Source: Malacoraja senta
Taxonomy: Eukaryota
Length of the DNA stretch: 64,000 nt
Direction of reading: 5' to 3'
Assembly: GCA_038087875.1 (NCBI GenBank)
Contig: CM075990.1
Span: 14,942,001 to 15,006,000, forward strand
A program made the translations under genes and the position numbers. Of this stretch, positions 61,953 through 64,000 are shown piece by piece (position 1 is the first letter of the stretch; every line of letters starts with the position of its first letter). Under the pieces are notes generated by a model, which saw nothing but the letters and a program-made list of their open reading frames with translations, was not told the DNA's origin and made no database searches.

Positions 61953-64000
61953 TATGCAAGATTCCAGCATCTGCATTTCCCGGTGACGCAAGGCATTTTA
62001 CCAGATGAAAACCTAACGTGTATGGAGCCCTTTCAAAAACATACTGCAGAAATTGGAAGATGTAAAATGGACTAAGCACACCATTTATCTACTGCTGACC
62101 TCTTTTATTTTCCATTGACCATGAATGGTTGTAATGAAATCTACCAGTGTAACCATAGACTTGTCATAAAAGTGGCACAACTTAATTGTAGTTGGTTGGC
62201 TTTTAAATCTATGGTGTGGCAAAATACAGTCCTCAGAGTTACTTTACAATTTTCTGAATGTATTTTCCGATGAAACAATCTAAATTTGTTTCAGGATATG
62301 CCTGCTGGCATGCAATATGTACACATCCCTAGATCCCTTACCATTCTGTATATGCCTTAATACGATTTACTGTATGGCAAATGAAAAATACAAGCTTCAA
62401 CTGCCTGACAACAGGTGCTAGTTATGTGAGGAGGTTTCATTTGTTACACAGTCTCTTATTCTCATTTGCAGCACAATGAATTGCATTTAGAAGAGCACTG
62501 ACTGCTAAGGGGTCTTGACATGTTTTTATTGATTTGCATAGGTTATATGCATGTAATCCTGTTTGTAGTCAAATTGTAGCTGAAGTAAATTCAAGCCACC
62601 GCCACTTGTTTAGAGAAAATTACAGTTATCACAGGGGGATCCAAGATGGAGTGGGACTGGGTAAAAGCGACATGCAGACCATTGGAGTCCAGGGGCTTCT
62701 ATTAAGATTTATAGGCTATAGGATTCTTTGGGGCTTAAACATTATTCATAGTAAACCCTCTCCGTCTTGTATTATGTATGAAAACTGGCAGTTTTAGGAA
62801 AGAGTCGGCTTTAAGTTTCAGTATTAAACTTTACCGTAAAGATGTGCGTTTATCCTCCTACCTTGTCAGCTTCTTTTATTTGCATAGTACTGGAAAAATT
62901 AAACAAAGAAAGCAATTGAACTATGATGTTTTGCAATTTTCACTGCCTTTTTTCCCCATTGTTGCCTTTTATTGATTGATATTTCTTTCATTTTCTTGCT
63001 AAAAATATTTGCGTATACTTTCAGATGATTTTAGGCCTTTTGTTGCAAAGATGTAAAATGTTTGATCAATCCTATTCCTTCAAATATTTAGTTGCAAGAA
63101 AGTACTCATCACCTATGATAAGTCGTTTGCTTTGGCTTCAATGCCCTGATGAGTCTGACTACCAATCTATGGTTAACTGCAAACAACACAGCCAAATAAA
63201 AGATCTGGGGCATGTGATACAACATTTGATCATTCACCTTATCGTGGTTGGGGAGTCCATTGATTTTGTGAGCCATTGGGCACAGGTCAAAGGAAAAGTA
63301 CCCTCAGAAAAAATATTTGACACAACACCACCGATGTAACAAATTACTGTACTCAAAACATTTTTCACTTTGAGAGAGAAATAGTTCGGCCTGAATGCGA
63401 TGTAATGATTTTAGTGAACACAGTACAGCATAAAGCTTGCTATCCAAATGGTTTTCTTTAGATGGTTATTCCGATACTAATATGTTTTCACATGGTTCTA
63501 CTGGAGGGATTAATCTATTGTCATTTGTTTTGTTTCTTTGGGTGAGTCTTAAAGTCAGGGCACATTTATTTTATAAATATAGCTTTGTCACGAACTGGAT
63601 TTGCTTCACACCAGCTGAGGATCAGCACAAAGTCTTTGTTACATTCTGAGGTTAGCTTTGGCTTCAAGCACTTGATATGTGCTCTGCACTTCTAATGTCA
63701 GCGCAAAGTTAAAAGCCTTTCATGTCCATGCTAGATGTACCATTGGTGGTTTTAACTATCCACGTGTTAATATGATCTGCTGTTAGCAATTCTGATGGTG
63801 GCAACAGTAAACTCTGGCAACAGTTCCCCATCTGGCTCAGACTAATGGATTCAAGCTGTTATTGAATGATTTTAAAATATCAATTAATGCTTCAATAGTG
63901 AGGTTGGACTTCTCTTAGTTCAGACCTACCACTTGACACATCCTCCCCCCCCATCCAGCAACCCCTTCCACCCCCCCCCCCCCGCCCTCCCCCCCACACC

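Noticed and set aside
1-64000. Host protein-coding exons or the short ORFs in the ORF track as real genes
   Set aside because: ORFs are either TE-derived or short with no recognisable domain; no consistent splice-site and frame series could be supported. Small exons could still be missed without RNA-seq or homology search.

Overview
Repeat-dense, AT-rich eukaryotic DNA, most likely intronic or intergenic; I cannot support any host exon. The repeat families (HE1-like V-core SINEs, CR1, Rex1/Babar, RTE, L2, Penelope-like) suggest a cartilaginous fish, probably a skate or ray. Family names come from my recognition of motifs, not from a database search, and most repeat boundaries are approximate unless a TSD/TIR is given. 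One 163-bp N gap. The only near-intact gene is a full-length Passport-like Tc1 (DD34E) transposon with a single premature stop. The most unusual signal is a set of very short non-autonomous retroelements carrying self-cleaving ribozyme folds: (1) two 146-166-bp SINE-like families headed by a ~54-nt minimal HDV-like ribozyme, one canonical and one decayed whose TSD places its 5' end at the predicted cleavage site; (2) an RTE-5'UTR-derived element with an HDV-like fold carrying an extra hairpin in L3; (3) a 516-bp HERO-derived internally deleted element whose 3' end folds as a non-circularly permuted hammerhead; (4) roughly 25-30 Penelope pseudo-LTR units with minimal hammerhead cores, several inserted as solo or palindromic units with their own TSDs. 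All folds are hand-paired predictions; none is tested.
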